A stretch of 63,782 bases of DNA, filler included, from Klebsormidium nitens (taxonomy: Eukaryota; Plantae; Klebsormidiophyceae): NCBI GenBank assembly GCA_000708835.1. It is 7 parts of 7 records of this genome, joined end to end, with 100 filler letters (N's around TTAATTAATTAA, not from the genome) between each part and the next. Parts side by side here need not be neighbours in the genome. Positions count along the whole stretch, not along the records: positions 59,427 to 63,782 come from DF238510.1; 6 more parts are not named here. One strand, written 5' to 3'. The position numbers and the translations under genes were made by a program. The notes under the pieces were generated by a model, which was given only the letters and a program-made list of their open reading frames with translations, was not told the origin of the DNA and searched no databases. Shown in pieces: positions 59,327-63,782 of the stretch; position 1 is the first letter of the stretch; every line of letters starts with the position of its first letter.

Positions 59327-62300
59327 NNNNNNNNNNNNNNNNNNNNNNNNNNNNNNNNNNNNNNNNNNNNTTAATTAATTAANNNNNNNNNNNNNNNNNN
59401 NNNNNNNNNNNNNNNNNNNNNNNNNNATCAGAGATCCAAACGCTTTTGCTGCTAAGCAACCAGTAGGTCGCACGACAGCTATCAGCTACACGGCGTACCG
59501 GTCGCGCCCACGCGCGCTTTTGACGACGCAACCGCGCGCGCATACACTTGTCGCGGCCGCGCTCGCGCCCGACCTTGCCAATCACTGCCTTCATGGCGGC
59601 CTTGGTGTGTCGTTGAGGCCGTCCCGCCTCTCCGCGTGAACCTTGGAACAAAGGAAGAAAAGGTCACCTTTCTTAGAACATCATTCTTTCAAGTCCGTTT
59701 CTACAAGAGTGAATCCTGTCGGCCGGACCAGCTGTACAGACTAATTGGCCAAGGCAGGCAGGGCATGAAGCTCGCTTTCGGAAACGCTGACGGGAGTTTT
59801 TCGATCCAACTCGGAATCGAGCTATTTTTGGTCCACGAGAGTGGATCTCTTTTCGCTCCGACGACATGCTTGATCGCTAGGCTTCTCTCCCTGACACGGT
59901 CATATCAGTACGCCACTTCGAAGATCGGACCTCGGCCTTTCTCTCTCTACTTCTCGGTCGACTGCGCTGGTCAGCTACGTTACTTCGTGCGCCCCTCACC
60001 AAATGTACCCATGGTACAAGCATTGAAGCACGTCATCCGACACGACGGCTCGAAGCGTCAGTACGTACGTACCGACGTACACTGCAAACGTGGTGGCGGT
60101 TTCTAAAAGTCGCTTACGGCCTCTCCAAACGTGTAACGCAGTCACCCCTTTGCCGACCCTTTGTTTCCTGTCAATCAGTTACCCATAATCGCATCGCCTC
60201 TTATGGGAAGCTCAGTGAGCCAATATTCCTTTAGAGTTCGGCTGCTCTTTTCGAACACGCCGACTCCAAAGTTCACACAAATCCTTACTGCCTGACCAAA
60301 GCGAAGTATGACCCTTGAAAACGAAGTTTGTGGCTGGCTGTGACGAGGGCGTTTTGAGATTGCGGACCACTGCTTTGTTCAACTCGGAGGCTGCGATGAA
60401 CGAGATATGGTCTATGGTTTCTTCTCTGGTCTTCTCTTTCTACGTTCAGCTTATCCGCGGCATGTTTGCAAAGCCAGATATTTGGCTCTAGCTCGGGTTT
60501 TATTTAAGTACGAAGCTCTCGACGGAGGCCCCTACGTAAGTAGTTCGATCATATCAACCCCGTTATTGACACTCAGATTCGTTGGAGAATCTGGCTGAAC
60601 GTGGATCATGTTCGTACTTATAACTAGTTCCACCAGCCACTTATTGTTCGCTGCAGATTCGCTGCAGAAGTTTGGTGGGTCTGCTTTCCCACGTTAACCT
60701 TGGCGGTATCACTCTGAAAGTCTACCGCCAACTTGAAATTTTGTTCTTGTACGACTTTAAATCACTGGCTGCTTGGAAGAACATTTGCGTACTTGCAACC
60801 CGATGCTTTATTATCAAACGTCGAGCGTCCTCCTACGTCACCAACCAGCCAGATTTCACATCGCACAAGGTAATCGAGTTCCAATCTTTCCGGCCGACAA
60901 TCAGCATCTCGAGGATGGGCGTTTCTGCCAACCGCTGCTCTTGTTTCCCGAATGGTCACAGCAGCGATTCTGCACAATGAAGCTTGAGTAGTCAACCGTG
61001 TTGAAGCATCTCTCCAAGTCAGCCGTTTTTCTCCGCTTAATGTCAAAATCGATGGACTTTGAAATGGCATATCGGAATTTCTTCCTGAAACGGTCCAATT
61101 CTAGTGGTCTGGCGAGGAAAGCGTAGCCGGAGACCATTGTACGTGAAACGCTCTAGATCTTCTGAATGTCGAAAAGGCAGCGGGTCGGCGGCGATGTACC
61201 GTTGAAACAATACCTGGGTCAGCATCTAGTATGTGCCCAGACTCTGCCTTACTCTCTGACGCCGACTCAAAATAGCGGCAAATTTTCTCTGCGTCCACCT
61301 TGCCAATCTGGTTCTTTCATTTCGGAATTTTTTCGGTGGGTCTACCCTTCTTTGCACACGCGAGCCGCTGTGGCGACTCTGGGATCAAGAAAGTTCACTA
61401 ACGTTCATCAACTCGCTTTGTCGATGGTTCGACCGTGGCACAAGCGACGGCTAAAAGGGAACGGCCCGACTTTGACAGCCCACAAGAGTCGAGATGTGGT
61501 GTGTAGTACGCAGGCAAAGACAACATTCTTCTTGTCTGAATGCATCGAAGATTGAACCCTTCGCCGTTTTTCATTTTCGCCGGATAACCAGATTGCTTCC
61601 TTTCTGGGTGTTTGTATCACCCTCCATGTTCTGAAACTTCTTTTTCCGTCCCCTTTTGCTGGCAGCTTCGGTGGAAGATGCATTCTGGTACCGAAGTCCT
61701 TGGGAAGAGTCCGTTTCGTCCATGCTGAGAGCTCATTCTTGTTGCAACCTTTTGAATGGTGCACTTGAGTTCTATTCACCGACTTGCAGAGACTCCGGCC
61801 CCGTTCGAGGCCTGCTCTAACCCGCTTCGACCGGAACAAGCGCCAATTGGAACAAAGGCTGCGCGCGTACGGTCGGGCGGTCAGCTTCAGGCGGCCGCGA
61901 CAAGGACTGGCCTGAGGCCTGCCGATAGAGCCAACATCGAAAAGAGGATCACCGGATGTGAGATTATACGTGCTCTAGATTGACTCAGTATGCCTAAGGC
62001 AAGTCACCGTTTAATCAGCGCACAAGGAGGTTTTGAAGCGCCTTTTCACGATGCTGTGCTGTTAAGTAATGGAAGAGGGACGCTTTTGAGAAAATGTCGA
62101 TATGGTTTGCTCTGCTGCCCTTCCGATCAGAGTCTCGTGGTGTAAGGTTTAGAAATTGTGATTTGAATCTGTTGACGGGCTTCCTATTACTAGCTCACGA
62201 ACCTGATGTAGAAGGAAGAGGAGTTCGAGTGGGTCGTCACTAAATTTGCAGTCACACTCCCTCCTCCGCTCATGAGCAACGTCACCAGCCGAAAGAAGGC

Positions 62301-62921
62301 TTTCCTCTTGCAGGTTTGTAGTCCAGTCCACGTAGCACATCACGACACAGATTCGGACTGCCCGCTTCCTGGCTCGCCTCTCGCCCTCGTCTCCGACGTC
62401 TTGTAGGATCACTCGATTGTGTATTTTGTTCTTCGCAAAGCCTCTCATAATACTGCAAAGGACATGCGAGAGGACATGTCGTCCAGAACTACGTGATGAA
62501 AGAGATTTGACCAACATTGGCCAGTGTCTCTTCTTGCATACGTAGTCACAATATAGCCCAGGGATAGCCCGCTGTAAGAAGTGCTGGCACACAGCTCTTG
62601 ATCCAGATTGCACAGCAAGTGTGACTAGCATGAAAATTTCTGGGATCTACTCTGGCTACGATGGCATTTCTGATGTACTAGTACTAGAGCTCTGCAGTGA
62701 ATTCCAGCGACCCGAGTCGTTCGACAGTGGGCCCCAGACCCAGTGCTAGATCTGCATTAGCTGATTGATACAGTGACGTGAATGAAGTCCCATAAGCGTG
62801 CCGTTAGTAAGGTTCCCTGCGCTGGGCTCGCTTTGCATGCGGTCATACATCGTAACGAGTTGACTAATTAGCCATATATGCAATCGGGCCCAATCAGCTT
62901 ATCTCGACGTCCGCCCCAAGC

Positions 62922-63448
62922 CACGAGGTGGCAACTCAAGTTTTAAAACACATTGTGTTTTATTCATCCTATTTTTTCAAAACCGCACAAAATGATTAGC
63001 GCTAAGGTTTTATTCATAACCAACGGATAGAGCTCGTCGAGAGGTGCCTAAAACACCCCTTATTTTTGAAAATCGACCCCCCCTTCGATTTTAAAACCAC
63101 TTTAAAACAGAATAAAACAACCAAAACGGCCGCAAGACATGTGCGTCCAAGATGAGGCTCAAAATATCCCTGTTTTAAAAAACACCAAAACAACCAAAAC
63201 GTTTTAGAATGCCATCTGCTTCACACATTCGGGTTTTATCTGCTATAAGCTGATTGTTTTGAGTCTAGATGGATGTAATATATGCACAAAAACCAAGAAA
63301 AGCCTAGAAGACGTAAATAAAACGCCTTTGGGGCGCTTTTCAATCATTTTAAAACGTTTTAAAACAGTTTTAAAACGGGCGAAGCAAGCCAAACGGGGTG
63401 TTTTACTCCGCACATGACATGTTTTAAAACTAGAGTTGCCACCCCGGG
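62922..63448. mobile_element. hAT-type MITE, 527 bp
   Basis: ~29-bp imperfect TIR C(A/C)CG(A/G)GGTGGCAACTC(A/T)AGTTTTAAAACA. 8-bp TSD CCCCAAGC at 62914-62921 and 63449-63456. Many internal TTTTAAAAC motifs. Confidence 0.9.
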
Positions 63449-63782
63449 CCCCAAGCTAGTTCAGGAGCCTGGTTGTACGCGAATTCAAGGGGACTGCATG
63501 ACAACTTAAGAAATGACCGTACGCCAGAGATGCATGCCCTATATAGGGTATGCTCTAAGTTCTATTTTTGAAGGATGTCTCGATCACACTGCGATTCTAG
63601 ATAGAGTTTTGAGTTCTATACATTGCATGGATAAAGATCAGCATGCATAGAATCATCACCAAATATGTGTGCATGATTCGATCTTAATGATTCTCATACC
63701 ATCGTATCGCTCATCGTGAACTCAAAGTGCGTTCAATTTACAGTTGCACGCGTGCTTCAATCAAGTCATGCGTGGTGACATG

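Noticed and set aside
59427-62700. Multiple 60-160-aa ORFs, and one exon-like block at ~59520-59640 (minus)
   Set aside because: No family recognisable and frames are fragmented. Probably decayed mobile or viral sequence; needs a TBLASTX/HMM search before any call.
1-63782. tRNA, rRNA or other structured RNA genes
   Set aside because: None recognised by eye; tRNAscan-SE and Infernal were not run.

Overview
Eukaryotic scaffold with GC-rich spliced exons, GT-AG introns and six artificial 100-nt N gaps carrying a TTAATTAATTAA linker. Gene content, codon bias and the transposon families suggest a streptophyte green alga such as Klebsormidium (inference, not proven). Host genes: an RBM26/27-like PWI-CCCH-RRM gene, a probable NOL7/Utp16-like gene head-to-head with CCDC115/VMA22, a cytochrome b5-domain RLF gene, a 5'-incomplete tandem double-AAA+ ATPase and a 5'-incomplete RBOH/NADPH oxidase. 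Mobile DNA fills much of the rest. (i) A decayed Ty3/Gypsy element whose polyprotein runs gag - three copies of an unknown module - protease - C5 DNA methyltransferase - RT - RNase H - integrase - PHD finger. (ii) A virus-like cluster of tyrosine recombinase, Prim-Pol and D5/SF3 helicase fragment next to a 14-copy ~103-bp TGACGTCA-containing array. (iii) CRE-like and L1/Tx1-like non-LTR elements, a DIRS-type recombinase and several MITEs, two with demonstrable target-site duplications. Many TE-inactivating stops are TAG at expected Trp positions, suggesting CpA>TpA-biased decay. Exon boundaries and domain calls were made by eye, without database searches.
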